The notes beneath the pieces are model-generated. The model saw only the letters and a program-made list of their open reading frames with translations. It was not told where the DNA came from and searched no databases. DNA of 64,000 nt from Candidatus Omnitrophota bacterium (GTDB lineage: Bacteria > Omnitrophota > Gorgyraeia > Tantalellales > Tantalellaceae). Location of the stretch: the NCBI GenBank assembly GCA_015231405.1, contig JADGBR010000008.1, positions 25,216 through 89,215 on the forward strand. The letters run 5' to 3'. Positions 9,762 through 18,644 of this stretch are shown here, piece by piece; the stretch's first letter is position 1, and each line of letters starts with the position of its first letter. Made by a program: the position numbers and the translations under genes.

Positions 9762-10162
9762 AAAAACTCACTTTCAGGATATTTCTCCTTATTATAGCGA
9801 ACGACCTCGTGGACACGCTGGCGCAGCTCCTCATGAAAAAAGGGGTATTGTCCGCCGGTATGACCGACATCTGGACGCACAATGTGATCGAGTTCATGCA
9901 TAAGGGCGCGGTGTCGCCAGTCCTTTGGCTGGGGATAGCCGTCTATGTCCTGAATTTTTTTCTCTGGATATTCATTCTGGCGCGCGCGGACTTAAGCGTG
10001 GCCATGCCGGTGGGGAGTTTCTGCTATATTTTCATACCGATGGCGGCCGTTATTTTTCTGCATGAGAGCGTGAGCCCCGTAAGGTGGATCGGTATACTGT
10101 TCATAATCCTCGGGATACATTTCGTCGCCAGGAGCGTGCCGGCCAGGGAGGGGGGACATTAA
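9758..10162 (+). CDS. Small 4-TM SMR/DMT-superfamily membrane protein (ArnE/ArnF-like), first of a pair
   Basis: 134 aa with four hydrophobic helices. Its GTGA start overlaps the upstream stop. Confidence 0.45.
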   Translation: MKKLTFRIFLLIIANDLVDTLAQLLMKKGVLSAGMTDIWTHNVIEFMHKGAVSPVLWLGIAVYVLNFFLWIFILARADLSVAMPVGSFCYIFIPMAAVIFLHESVSPVRWIGILFIILGIHFVARSVPAREGGH

Positions 10163-10533
10163 TGATAAAGCTGGTGGTTCTGGTGCTTATCGCCGAGATC
10201 TTCACAGCGCTAGGGCAGCTCTTCCTGAAAAAGGGTGTGGATTCTTCATCTTTTAACGGGAAAGAGCACTTGAACGATCCGGCCGGGTTCGCGTGGGATA
10301 TTCTCTCTAAACCCGTTATCTGGGTCGGGGTGGTTTTAATGGCCACGGGGCTTGTTTCATGGCTGGTAGCCCTTGGTAGGGCTGATCTTAACCTGGTGTT
10401 CACTCTGGGAAGCCTTCAGTACCTTCTTATTATGATCCTCGCGCACTTTTATCTGGGTGAAAAGATAAACATCCTGAAACTCACGGGGACTCTGCTTGTC
10501 ATGGCGGGAATGATCCTGGCCGCCGCGGGTTGA
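10162..10533 (+). CDS. Small 4-TM SMR/DMT-superfamily membrane protein (ArnE/ArnF-like), second of a pair
   Basis: ATG at 10162 overlaps the upstream TAA (TAATG). MIKLVVLVLIAEIFTALGQLFLKKG... with four TM helices. Confidence 0.45.
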   Translation: MIKLVVLVLIAEIFTALGQLFLKKGVDSSSFNGKEHLNDPAGFAWDILSKPVIWVGVVLMATGLVSWLVALGRADLNLVFTLGSLQYLLIMILAHFYLGEKINILKLTGTLLVMAGMILAAAG

Positions 10534-10546
10534 TCCCGGAATGATC

Positions 10547-11956
10547 TCAGGATACCGCTTTAATTGCTTTTATGAGCGCTTCCTCGAACAAGTCCATGCC
10601 GAGATCCATCTCTTTTTCCGTGATGTAGAGCGACGGAGCGAGAGTGAATACGTTCTTGTAATACCCCCCGACGTCAAGGATCAGTCCTCTTTTCTTGCCG
10701 CCGCTTTTGAGCTTCCCGCTCAAGCCTAAGCCTGCTACGGCGTCCGTAAGAGCTTTGTTCGGGGTATATCCGTCCTTTTGGCAGATCTCGACCCTTATTG
10801 CCAGGCCGATCCCTTCTACATCACCTATTTCGGGATAACGCCTCTTCATGTCGTTTAAACGCGACATGAGATATTCTCCTTTCCGGGGTACGGAAACTGA
10901 GAAATCGGACTCCTCTATAAGTTTCATCGACTCAAGTGCCACCGCCGTCCCTAGAGGGTTAGAGGAAAAAGTGGAATGAGTGGATCCCGGAGGGAAAACC
11001 GTCGGCGAAATGAGCTTTTCTTTGGCCCATATGCCCGAGAGGGGGTTAAGGCCGTTCGTCATGGCCTTTCCGAATACGAGTATATCGGGGGTAACGTCAA
11101 AATGTTCTATCGCCCAGAATTTGCCGGTCCGGTAAAACCCCATCTGTATCTCGTCGTCGACAAGAAGGATATTGTACCGGTCGAGAAGTTTTTTGAGACC
11201 CTTGAAATAACCGGCGGGAGGAGCTATGTATCCGCCCGTCCCCTGGATCGCCTCTATAAAGAACGCGCCGCATTCGGATTTACCGGTCTTATTGTTCACA
11301 AAAGAGTAATATTCAGTTTCGAAAAGTCGTTCGAACTGTTTCAAACAGAACATGTCGCAGGAATCCTTATGTTTCTGGTAGGGGCACCTGAAGCAGTAGG
11401 GATACGGTATGAAACAGGCCCTGTCCGCGAAATGTCCGAACCTTTCCCTGTATCTGTAGCTCGAGGTTATGGCGCTTGCTCCGAGGGTCCTGCCGTGATA
11501 CCCGCCCATGAAGGCGAACACCATGCTCCTCGAAGTGTGGTTGCGCACTACTTTTATGGAGTCTTCGACGGCCGCCGATCCTCCGACGTTGAAATGGACC
11601 CTTCCCTTTTCTTTGAATGTATTTTCCATGAGCCGGGCTATGCTGGCTGCCAGGAGTATCTTTTCCTCGTGCAGGTACTGGCAAGCGAGCTGTGGGAGTT
11701 TGTCTATCTGTTTTTTGAGCGCTGTATTCAGCCTTCTATTCCCGTATCCGAAATTAGCGGCCGAGTACCACATCTGGAGGTCAAGGTATTCCGTTCCGGT
11801 CATGTCGTAAAGAAAACTTCCGGAGGCCCTTTCGAACATGGTCAGTTCGTCGGAATAATGGACGGTGTCGCCCCATGAACAGTATTTAGCCTCTAATTTG
11901 AGCAGTTCGGTTTCTGTGAGCCGCCCGTTCTTCGGTGCAATTTTTTGTTTTGCGGT
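10547..11956 (-). CDS. Class-III (PLP-dependent) aminotransferase
   Basis: FGKAMTNG contains the PLP-lysine context; the motif layout (YHGRT..., DDEIQMGFYRTG) is class-III-like. I place the start at MTAKQK (complement 11956, GGAG ribosome-binding site) rather than at the 525-aa ORF start. Confidence 0.7.
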   Translation of the reverse strand, partial: TAKQKIAPKNGRLTETELLKLEAKYCSWGDTVHYSDELTMFERASGSFLYDMTGTEYLDLQMWYSAANFGYGNRRLNTALKKQIDKLPQLACQYLHEEKILLAASIARLMENTFKEKGRVHFNVGGSAAVEDSIKVVRNHTSRSMVFAFMGGYHGRTLGASAITSSYRYRERFGHFADRACFIPYPYCFRCPYQKHKDSCDMFCLKQFERLFETEYYSFVNNKTGKSECGAFFIEAIQGTGGYIAPPAGYFKGLKKLLDRYNILLVDDEIQMGFYRTGKFWAIEHFDVTPDILVFGKAMTNGLNPLSGIWAKEKLISPTVFPPGSTHSTFSSNPLGTAVALESMKLIEESDFSVSVPRKGEYLMSRLNDMKRRYPEIGDVEGIGLAIRVEICQKDGYTPNKALTDAVAGLGLSGKLKSGGKKRGLILDVGGYYKNVFTLAPSLYITEKEMDLGMDLFEEALIKAIKAVS

Positions 11957-12644
11957 CATTAAAGTCTCCGTTCGTGAACGTCCGGTACACGTCACCAAGG
12001 TCGTTGAAAGGCACGCAAGTCTTATTGTTTTTCCGGAACTTAGCGAGAAGTGCCGCTTTAGCGAAAACAAGATCCGAATGTTCGGCGGGGCATACGTCCG
12101 AAAGGCCGTCGCCGACATAAGCAATTATATTATTCCCGGAACGGTATTGCAATAGATGAAAATGTTTACAGTTCCCGCAGCGGGGGCATATCCTGTTCTT
12201 TTTAGTGAACGCCGCGGTAAGGCCCTTTTTGCTGAATTTAAGCGTGTTTGCGTGGACCTTTAATCCGGTTATGCCGTTGTTCTTTAGTATGATCTTTATG
12301 ATGAAGGAGAAATTGTCACTTGCTATAACGACAGGAACGCCTTGTTCGCGAAGAAAGGAAATTAAACGCACAAAAAAAGGATCCAGCTTTACATGGAAAA
12401 GAAATTTCGTCAGTCGGGCTTTTGAGACGCTGACCAGGCTAAGCTGTCCTTTGAGGCATTCTCTTGACCCGATCTTCCCTGTGGACCAGGCTTCCTCGAT
12501 ATCGACCCATTTGTTCGAGACGGAAAAGCGCTTGATGATATCGTCAAGAACGTCCGAAATGGTTATGGTGTTGTCAAAGTCAATAAGAACGGTAGTCCGG
12601 CGAAGATCGATATTGCCGGGGCGCTTTCGTTTTGACATGCTCAT
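11886..12644 (-). CDS. HAD-superfamily phosphatase, MtnX-like subfamily
   Basis: IDFDNTIT DxDxT motif I. C-terminal CPRCGNCK...AYVGDGLSDVCPAEHSDLVFAK resembles the MtnX Cys cluster and GDSxxD motif IV. 4-nt overlap with the upstream esterase gene. The 3' tail overlaps the proposed aminotransferase start by about 70 nt. Confidence 0.6.
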   Translation of the reverse strand: MSMSKRKRPGNIDLRRTTVLIDFDNTITISDVLDDIIKRFSVSNKWVDIEEAWSTGKIGSRECLKGQLSLVSVSKARLTKFLFHVKLDPFFVRLISFLREQGVPVVIASDNFSFIIKIILKNNGITGLKVHANTLKFSKKGLTAAFTKKNRICPRCGNCKHFHLLQYRSGNNIIAYVGDGLSDVCPAEHSDLVFAKAALLAKFRKNNKTCVPFNDLGDVYRTFTNGDFNDRKTKNCTEERAAHRNRTAQIRG

Positions 12645-13555
12645 TTCTTGTCCCCGCCGTTTATCCGGTCGTAAAAGGTTCTCATGAGTTCGGTAACTTT
12701 ATCTCTTTCCTGGTCCGCGGTTATGATATGGTATGAGTCATAAAGAAGATGCATTTCTTTTGTTTTCGAGCCGAGCCTCTCGTATATGATCCCGGAGCTC
12801 CTTATATGCGACACATCGTCGTCCTTGGCCTGGATAAGCTGTACCGGAATTGTTATGCGGGGAAGCCGCTTTAACAGATATTTCGCCAGAAGGCGGATCT
12901 GGTGCAGCTGGCTGACGGGAAAGAACGGGTATCCGTATTTGGCGATGTTCCCGGGGTCATGGTCGGTTATGCCGGTTTTAGTGTAGAAACGGTGGATAAA
13001 ATTACGTATCCTTTCGTTCTTGATCCCGTACGGCGGGTCTTCCTTAAAATAAAAAAAGTATTTAAGCGGGGTGTGATAACCCAGGGGGAGCAAAAATTTC
13101 GTCCATGGGGCGTTCCACCCGTCATAGTAAACGGTGGGTGCGAGGCATGAAACCCCTGCAATTTTGTCCGGAAATTCTTCAGCCAGGAGTAAAGCCAGGA
13201 GAGCCCCCATAGATAGTCCTGCGACGAAAACCCGTTCCGAGCGCTTGACGGCGTCGTTATTCAGGTAAGCCTCCCGTATGGAAGCGTAAAAATCCTGCCA
13301 CTTCGCCATTTTGAGCACCCGGAGGGTTTCACCGTGATATGCCAGTCTCGGACAGATAACGCTGTATCCCTGCTTATTGAAAAAAATCGCCAGAGACCTC
13401 ATTTCGTTCGGGGTGCCGGTAAGGCCGTGTATCAGAAAAAGGGAGTAACCGTTTGAGCCTTCCATAAAGATACCGGCATTATGGTTCGCCGGTCCTTTCG
13501 TTAAGGAAGCTTTGGACTTTTTGAAATTAAGATCGAGATGGAAGACTATTGACAC
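12641..13555 (-). CDS. Alpha/beta-hydrolase carboxylesterase (Est/YvaK-like)
   Basis: LFLIHGLTGTPNEMRSL...GYSVICPRLAYHGET, with the nucleophile elbow GLSMGA (GxSxG). Confidence 0.7.
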   Translation of the reverse strand: MSIVFHLDLNFKKSKASLTKGPANHNAGIFMEGSNGYSLFLIHGLTGTPNEMRSLAIFFNKQGYSVICPRLAYHGETLRVLKMAKWQDFYASIREAYLNNDAVKRSERVFVAGLSMGALLALLLAEEFPDKIAGVSCLAPTVYYDGWNAPWTKFLLPLGYHTPLKYFFYFKEDPPYGIKNERIRNFIHRFYTKTGITDHDPGNIAKYGYPFFPVSQLHQIRLLAKYLLKRLPRITIPVQLIQAKDDDVSHIRSSGIIYERLGSKTKEMHLLYDSYHIITADQERDKVTELMRTFYDRINGGDKK

Positions 13556-13766
13556 GATAGTTTGAGATTATAACAGACTCAAGGGATAAATATACAAAAA
13601 ATATTCGACAAGGGCCCCAGATGAATTTAACAATTTACATTTAAAGAAAAAGTGATACAATCATACCAAGGTATTCATCATCAAAGAAGACGACTTGTCT
13701 TTATGCGCGAGGGGATGTCCCGGGTGATGGTGATGGAGAGCTGTAAGAAGTAGAAAAGGAGAAAAA

Positions 13767-13934
13767 ATGTGTGGATTTAACCAAGGCGGATTCAAAAGGG
13801 ACTTTGGCCCCAAGGAAATGCATAAAGCTGTTTGCGGCTCATGCGGGAAGGAATGCGAAGTTCCTTTCAAGCCGTCCGGAGACAGGCCCGTTTATTGCAA
13901 AGACTGCTATAAACCCAAAAAAAGAAGCTATTAA
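13767..13934 (+). CDS. Small (55 aa) CxxC...CxxC zinc-ribbon protein
   Basis: My own translation: MCGFNQGGFKRDFGPKEMHKAVCGSCGKECEVPFKPSGDRPVYCKDCYKPKKRSY. GGAGAAAAAATG ribosome-binding site. Below the ORF-track length cutoff. A terminator follows it. Confidence 0.5.
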   Translation: MCGFNQGGFKRDFGPKEMHKAVCGSCGKECEVPFKPSGDRPVYCKDCYKPKKRSY

Positions 13935-13948
13935 GTCTTAAAACAGAA

Positions 13949-14004
13949 AAAGCGTTCAGCGGCTGGCTGGGTAATAAAGCCATCGTTGAACGCTTTTTTT
14001 GTTT
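13949..14004 (+). terminator. Rho-independent terminator
   Basis: AAAAAGCGTTCA...loop...TGAACGCTTTTTTT stem-loop with a 7-T run, immediately 3' of the zinc-ribbon ORF. Confidence 0.5.
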
Positions 14005-14056
14005 TATCCCCGGTAATCCTATTATGAGATCCCTCGACTCTCTTTCGTCATCGTTG

Positions 14057-14092
14057 ATATATCCCCGGATGGATCGCCGTCATCGCGAGGAG
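14057..14092. repeat. Half-copy of the palindromic repeat family, copy B
   Basis: CCGTCATCGCGAGGAGCAAAGCGACGAAGCGATTTC is near-identical to the left arm of copy A, with no right arm present. Confidence 0.55.
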
Positions 14093-14202
14093 CAAAGCGA
14101 CGAAGCGATTTCAACAAAAAAATAATTACACAAAAATATTCATTAGACAATAAAAATAAAGTGCAATATAATATTACAGTCAACATAACAGATGGGAGGG
14201 GG

Positions 14203-14853
14203 ATGGAGAAGAAAGAATATACATTACGCGAGAAAAAATTCGCCAGGACCAAGATAGCTCTTATGAACGAGTTTATCGCCCGTATGAAGGCTTCACGGTT
14301 CGACGACATATCCATTCAGGAAATATGTAAAAACGTAGAAGTATCCGACGGCACTTTCTTCAATTACTTTCCCGAGAAGGTCGATATAGTCAATTATTAC
14401 AGGCAGCTCTTTTTCCTTAATATCGTGTGGAAGGCCCGCAAAGAGACCCCGGCCGGTAAATATCTCGCTTTGATAAACTGCGCTTTCGAGAAACTGGCCC
14501 AAGGGCAGGATAATTTGAACATCGTTCATCAGATCCTTTCGATCATGCTGGTGCAAAAAGGGAAACCCGGAACGGTCAATATCTCAGATATAGAAAAACA
14601 TCTCGCTTTTCCGGATTGCGAGGGGATAGAGGAGATGCAGATCGTTTTTATAGATGTGTTCTTCGAGGAATGCCTGATAGGTGCGGTAAAGAACGGGGAA
14701 CTCCCAGAGAACGCCGATATCGACGATATCCTTATCTCTCTCCTAGCCATAATGGGCGGGACGGTATTGGCCGCAAAGCTCCGGAACGTCAAGGACAGGA
14801 AATATCATTATTCGCGTCAGTTGAAGTTACTTTGGAAAGGGTTAGGGGGGTAG
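14203..14853 (+). CDS. TetR/AcrR-family transcriptional regulator
   Basis: N-terminal helix-turn-helix ISIQEICKNVEVSDGTFFNYFPEK. GGGAGGGGG ribosome-binding site before the ATG at 14203. Immediately upstream of the efflux genes. Confidence 0.7.
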   Translation: MEKKEYTLREKKFARTKIALMNEFIARMKASRFDDISIQEICKNVEVSDGTFFNYFPEKVDIVNYYRQLFFLNIVWKARKETPAGKYLALINCAFEKLAQGQDNLNIVHQILSIMLVQKGKPGTVNISDIEKHLAFPDCEGIEEMQIVFIDVFFEECLIGAVKNGELPENADIDDILISLLAIMGGTVLAAKLRNVKDRKYHYSRQLKLLWKGLGG

Positions 14854-14860
14854 GCGTAGC

Positions 14861-16174
14861 ATGGGGCGATTTGCGGTATCGGTATTTTTATTGTTCTCTT
14901 TTTCTGCTATCAGTTTCGCCGAAGGCCAGAAGACATCGATCACTATCGATGAAGGGATCAGCCGTGTGCTTAAAGACAGCCGTTTGTTGAAAATAGAGAT
15001 AGCCGGCGCGGATATGTCGTTCGAGGACACGCTCCTCGCCCTGTCTAAGCTTCTTCCTCATATAAGCGCGAGCATCAATAAAACATACAACCAGTACACC
15101 CCCGAAATGCTAACCGGGCTTTCCAGGATGCCCACGGGGGAGAAGGAACCCCTGGCCTACGGAATAGACGTTTATCAGACCTTATTCGACTTCGGTAAAA
15201 GCATTTCAAGCTATAAAGCGTCGACCGAGGTCCTTAAAGCGCGTAAAGCAAATATCGAAACCGTCAAAAGGACGGTAACTCTCGATTTTATATTCTCGTA
15301 TTTTGATCTCCTTGAAGCTGAAAAAATGATATCTGTCGCCGAGAGAGAGATAGAGAGCCTTACTTCGTACCTGAAAGACATGAACTCTCTTTTTGACGAG
15401 GGCGTGATAGTTAAGAACGATCTTTTAGCCGCCAAGGTAAGGCTTGCCGATGCCAGGCAGAAACTTACGGTTTCCAGGAGTTTAAGGGAACTTGCCGCCG
15501 CGCGGCTGAATACCGTCCTTACCTTGCCGCTCTCCGGAGATATCACTGCCAGCGAGGTCGAATTGGATATCCCGGAATTACCCGCTATGGAGGACGCCTT
15601 TCGATCAGCCCAGAACCAGAGACCTGAGATATCTTTCTTCGAGGGAGAGATAAGGGCTTCCATAGCGAGAGAACGCGCCTATGCCGCCGGGAATCTTCCG
15701 GCTATTTTCGCCGACGGCGGTTACAGGTATGGCGAGAACAGGCATATGGCCCATGAGGATAACGCCTATATCCAGCTTGGCGCCAAAATGGATTTGTACG
15801 ACGGGGGAGTTACCGGTGCTCTTGTCATGAAAGAGAGGAAGGACCTCGAGCGGCTTAAAGAACAAAAAGTTAAGCTGGTCGAGGATATAAAGTATGAGGT
15901 CAAAAGCAGCATTCTAGCTTTGAACGACGCCCGTGAAAAACTGGACGTAGCCAACGAGGCGTTCGCGCAATCTGAAGAGAATGTCCGGTTTTACCGTATA
16001 AAATTCAATAACGGCGTCGCGACCTCCACGGATGTTCTTGAAGCCATAACTCTTGAGACAAGGGCCGAGACCAACTATTACACCGCCGACTATGAGTTGA
16101 AACGTTCCTACGCGAAACTGTTATATTCAATGGGGAAAGATATGACCACGATCTATAAAAAAACGGAGAAATGA
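14861..16174 (+). CDS. TolC-family outer-membrane efflux protein
   Basis: Signal peptide, two repeat halves with coiled-coil, 437 aa, first gene of the efflux operon. Confidence 0.7.
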   Translation: MGRFAVSVFLLFSFSAISFAEGQKTSITIDEGISRVLKDSRLLKIEIAGADMSFEDTLLALSKLLPHISASINKTYNQYTPEMLTGLSRMPTGEKEPLAYGIDVYQTLFDFGKSISSYKASTEVLKARKANIETVKRTVTLDFIFSYFDLLEAEKMISVAEREIESLTSYLKDMNSLFDEGVIVKNDLLAAKVRLADARQKLTVSRSLRELAAARLNTVLTLPLSGDITASEVELDIPELPAMEDAFRSAQNQRPEISFFEGEIRASIARERAYAAGNLPAIFADGGYRYGENRHMAHEDNAYIQLGAKMDLYDGGVTGALVMKERKDLERLKEQKVKLVEDIKYEVKSSILALNDAREKLDVANEAFAQSEENVRFYRIKFNNGVATSTDVLEAITLETRAETNYYTADYELKRSYAKLLYSMGKDMTTIYKKTEK

Positions 16175-16177
16175 TAT

Positions 16178-17044
16178 ATGGAACAAGCTAAAGGAAAGAA
16201 TAAAAAATTCATGGCTGTGCTCATTTTAGGGTTCATAACGGCCGGCGGGTTCGTAGGCTTTCACATCCTGAACAATTTAGGCCAGGTCAGTACCGACGAC
16301 TCGTATATTACCGGCAGGATCCACAGTATAGCCCCCAAGATCCCCGGGACCGTTAAAGCCGTTCTTGTTGAAGATAACCAGGCGGTTAAGAAAGGCGACC
16401 TGATCATCGAGATAGACCCGGTCGATCACTCCCTGCAAGTCGGGGAAGCCCAGGCTATGGTGGGGGTCCGCGAGGCGGGGTTCGAACAGGCCGCCCGGGA
16501 TATGAAAAGGTCAGAGGCACTTTATAAGGACGGCGTATTCTCCCGGGAAAAGTTTGAAAATGCCGCGACAGCCAACAATTTGGCCCAGGCACAGCTGAAC
16601 GCGTCAAGGGAACAGCTTAGGATCGCCCAGCGCAATCTTGAATATACGAAGATCTATTCGCCCACGGACGGTTATGTCACGGGCAAATCCGTAGAGGAGG
16701 GCAACCAGGTCCAGCCGGGCCAGCCGCTTTTCGCGGTCGTGGCGCTTGACGATATATGGGTAGTGGCTAATTATAAGGAAACGCAATTAAAGGACGTTAA
16801 AAGGGGACAGAGGGTCAGGATAAAAGTGGACACGTACGCGGGTAAGGTATTTACCGGCAAAGTCGACAGCATTATGGCCGGGACAGGCGCGGCTTTCTCT
16901 CTTTTTCCTCCTGAGAACGCTTTGGGCAATTATGTTAAAGTCGTACAGCGCATACCCGTCAAGATAGTGTTCGATAAGACAACGGATGACGGCCACGCGC
17001 TCAGGATAGGGATGTCCTCAATCGCTTCCATCGACACTAAATGA
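16178..17044 (+). CDS. HlyD/EmrA-family membrane-fusion protein
   Basis: N-terminal TM anchor, biotinyl/lipoyl-like hairpin (KKGDLIIEID), coiled-coil and beta-barrel domain. Confidence 0.75.
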   Translation: MEQAKGKNKKFMAVLILGFITAGGFVGFHILNNLGQVSTDDSYITGRIHSIAPKIPGTVKAVLVEDNQAVKKGDLIIEIDPVDHSLQVGEAQAMVGVREAGFEQAARDMKRSEALYKDGVFSREKFENAATANNLAQAQLNASREQLRIAQRNLEYTKIYSPTDGYVTGKSVEEGNQVQPGQPLFAVVALDDIWVVANYKETQLKDVKRGQRVRIKVDTYAGKVFTGKVDSIMAGTGAAFSLFPPENALGNYVKVVQRIPVKIVFDKTTDDGHALRIGMSSIASIDTK

Positions 17045-18582
17045 ATACCACTAACAAATGGCTCATAACCTTATCGGTGCTCCTGCCGACGCTTCTTGAA
17101 GTCATCGATACCTCGGTAGTGAACGTATCCCTGGACCATATCCGGGGAAGCCTCTCCGCCGGTCTCGATGAAGCCACCTGGACGATCACCGCGTATCTCG
17201 TATCGAACGCCATCATCATCCCTTTAACGGGTTGGATGAGCCGTATTTTCGGGCGAAAGAGATACCTGATAGCTTCGGTGGTATTGTTCACCGTGAGTTC
17301 ATTCCTGTGCGGGATAGCCAATAGTTTGACGGCGCTCGTTTTTTTTAGGATACTTCAGGGGATAGGCGGCGGCGCGCTTCAGCCCATTTCTCAGTCGATA
17401 CTACTGGAATCGTTCCCTCCCGCCCAATACGGCATGGCTATGGCCATGTTCGGCGTCGGCATCATGTTCGGCCCGATAGTCGGCCCGGTAATGGGCGGCT
17501 GGATAACCGATAACTGGTCATGGCGGTGGATATTCTTCATTAATATCCCGATAGGTATCTTCTCGGTCGGGATGCTCATGAAGTATATTAAAGACCCGCC
17601 ATATCTGAAAAGGATAAGTATCAGGGAGAAGATGGATATCTGGGGGTTGGCTTTCATAGTTCTCGGAGTAGGGTGTTTGCAGGTAATACTTGATAAGGGC
17701 CAGCGTGAAGACTGGTTCTCTTCCGATCTTATAATGCGCCTTGCCATTATATCGGCGCTTTCGCTCATCGCTTTCATTATCGTGGAACTTAGGACAAAAG
17801 ACCCGATATTGAACCTCCGTGACCTGAAGGATATCTCCTTCGCGAGCGCCAATATTATACAATTCTGCGCTTTTTTCGTCCTTTTCGGCAGCATTGTGCT
17901 TCTGCCGCTTTTTCTCCAATCGCTCATGGGATATACGGCTTTTCTGGCCGGATTTGTCCTGGCCCCCGGCGGTGTGGCGACGCTTTTCGTCATGCCTATC
18001 GTCGGGAAAATGGTCACAAAGACAAACCCCAAGTGGATACTTTTTTGCGGGCTTCTTATGAACGCGTATTCCATGTACACGATGACCCAATTCAATCTCA
18101 ATATTGACATGGATATGGCCATATGGTCCAGGATAATCCTGGGGATCGGCATGGGGATGACCTTTGTGCCTTTGACGAGCCTCGCTTTCCGCACGATAAA
18201 GAAGGAGGAGATGGCTAACGCCACCTCGATATTCAGTCTCCTCCGTAATATCGCCGGAAGTTTCGGCATCGCCGCCATGACGACCCTACTCGCCAGAAGA
18301 GCGCAAGTTCACCAGTTACATTACGCCGAAAAGCTTACCCCGTACGATCCCCATTACCAGATGGCCATGTCCAAGGCGACCGCCGCCATGACCGCCAAAG
18401 CCGGAACCGCCGCCCCCATGGCCGCGAAAGGACTCATCTATCAGCAACTTATGGAACAATCCACCCTGTACGCCTTCATTGATGCCTTCTACGTTGCCTT
18501 CATAATAATCCTCTGCGTCGCGCCCCTGGTATTCTTCCTGAAAAGGTCAAAATCTTCCGACGTTAACATAATGGCGCACTGA
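17041..18582 (+). CDS. MFS transporter, DHA2 (EmrB/QacA) 14-TM family
   Basis: 513 aa with 14 predicted TM helices and typical DHA2 motifs (GxLaDrxGrkR-like: RIFGRKRYL). 4-nt overlap with the membrane-fusion protein gene. Confidence 0.8.
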   Translation: MNTTNKWLITLSVLLPTLLEVIDTSVVNVSLDHIRGSLSAGLDEATWTITAYLVSNAIIIPLTGWMSRIFGRKRYLIASVVLFTVSSFLCGIANSLTALVFFRILQGIGGGALQPISQSILLESFPPAQYGMAMAMFGVGIMFGPIVGPVMGGWITDNWSWRWIFFINIPIGIFSVGMLMKYIKDPPYLKRISIREKMDIWGLAFIVLGVGCLQVILDKGQREDWFSSDLIMRLAIISALSLIAFIIVELRTKDPILNLRDLKDISFASANIIQFCAFFVLFGSIVLLPLFLQSLMGYTAFLAGFVLAPGGVATLFVMPIVGKMVTKTNPKWILFCGLLMNAYSMYTMTQFNLNIDMDMAIWSRIILGIGMGMTFVPLTSLAFRTIKKEEMANATSIFSLLRNIAGSFGIAAMTTLLARRAQVHQLHYAEKLTPYDPHYQMAMSKATAAMTAKAGTAAPMAAKGLIYQQLMEQSTLYAFIDAFYVAFIIILCVAPLVFFLKRSKSSDVNIMAH

Positions 18583-18644
18583 TCATGTGAAGAGAATTTT
18601 TTTTAGTTCGCCATGAAGGGTTAACTCTGGTAGAATTAACCGTA

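Noticed and set aside
11886-11956. Possible frameshift or pseudogene at the junction of the HAD phosphatase and the aminotransferase (70-nt same-strand overlap)
   Set aside because: Both ORFs are full length with intact motifs. The overlap is more likely a wrong start choice for the aminotransferase (alternative downstream starts exist) than gene decay. This cannot be resolved without alignment.
13661-13870. Minus-strand 69-aa ORF with an HHHHPGHP stretch
   Set aside because: It is antisense to the zinc-ribbon small ORF and its ribosome-binding site. A His-run from a GTGATGGTGATGG repeat is not evidence of coding.
16178-17044. Membrane-fusion protein of 288 aa as a truncated pseudogene
   Set aside because: The ORF has an intact TM anchor, lipoyl-like hairpin and beta-barrel C-terminus and is translationally coupled to its neighbours. 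A short coiled-coil is a legitimate variant.
17391-18278. Long antisense ORFs (295 aa and 190 aa) opposite the MFS transporter
   Set aside because: They fall inside a confidently called 14-TM transporter gene and have an Arg/Pro-rich low-complexity composition typical of antisense frames. Similar antisense ORFs inside the histidine kinase, the RND pump and the giant gene are rejected for the same reason.
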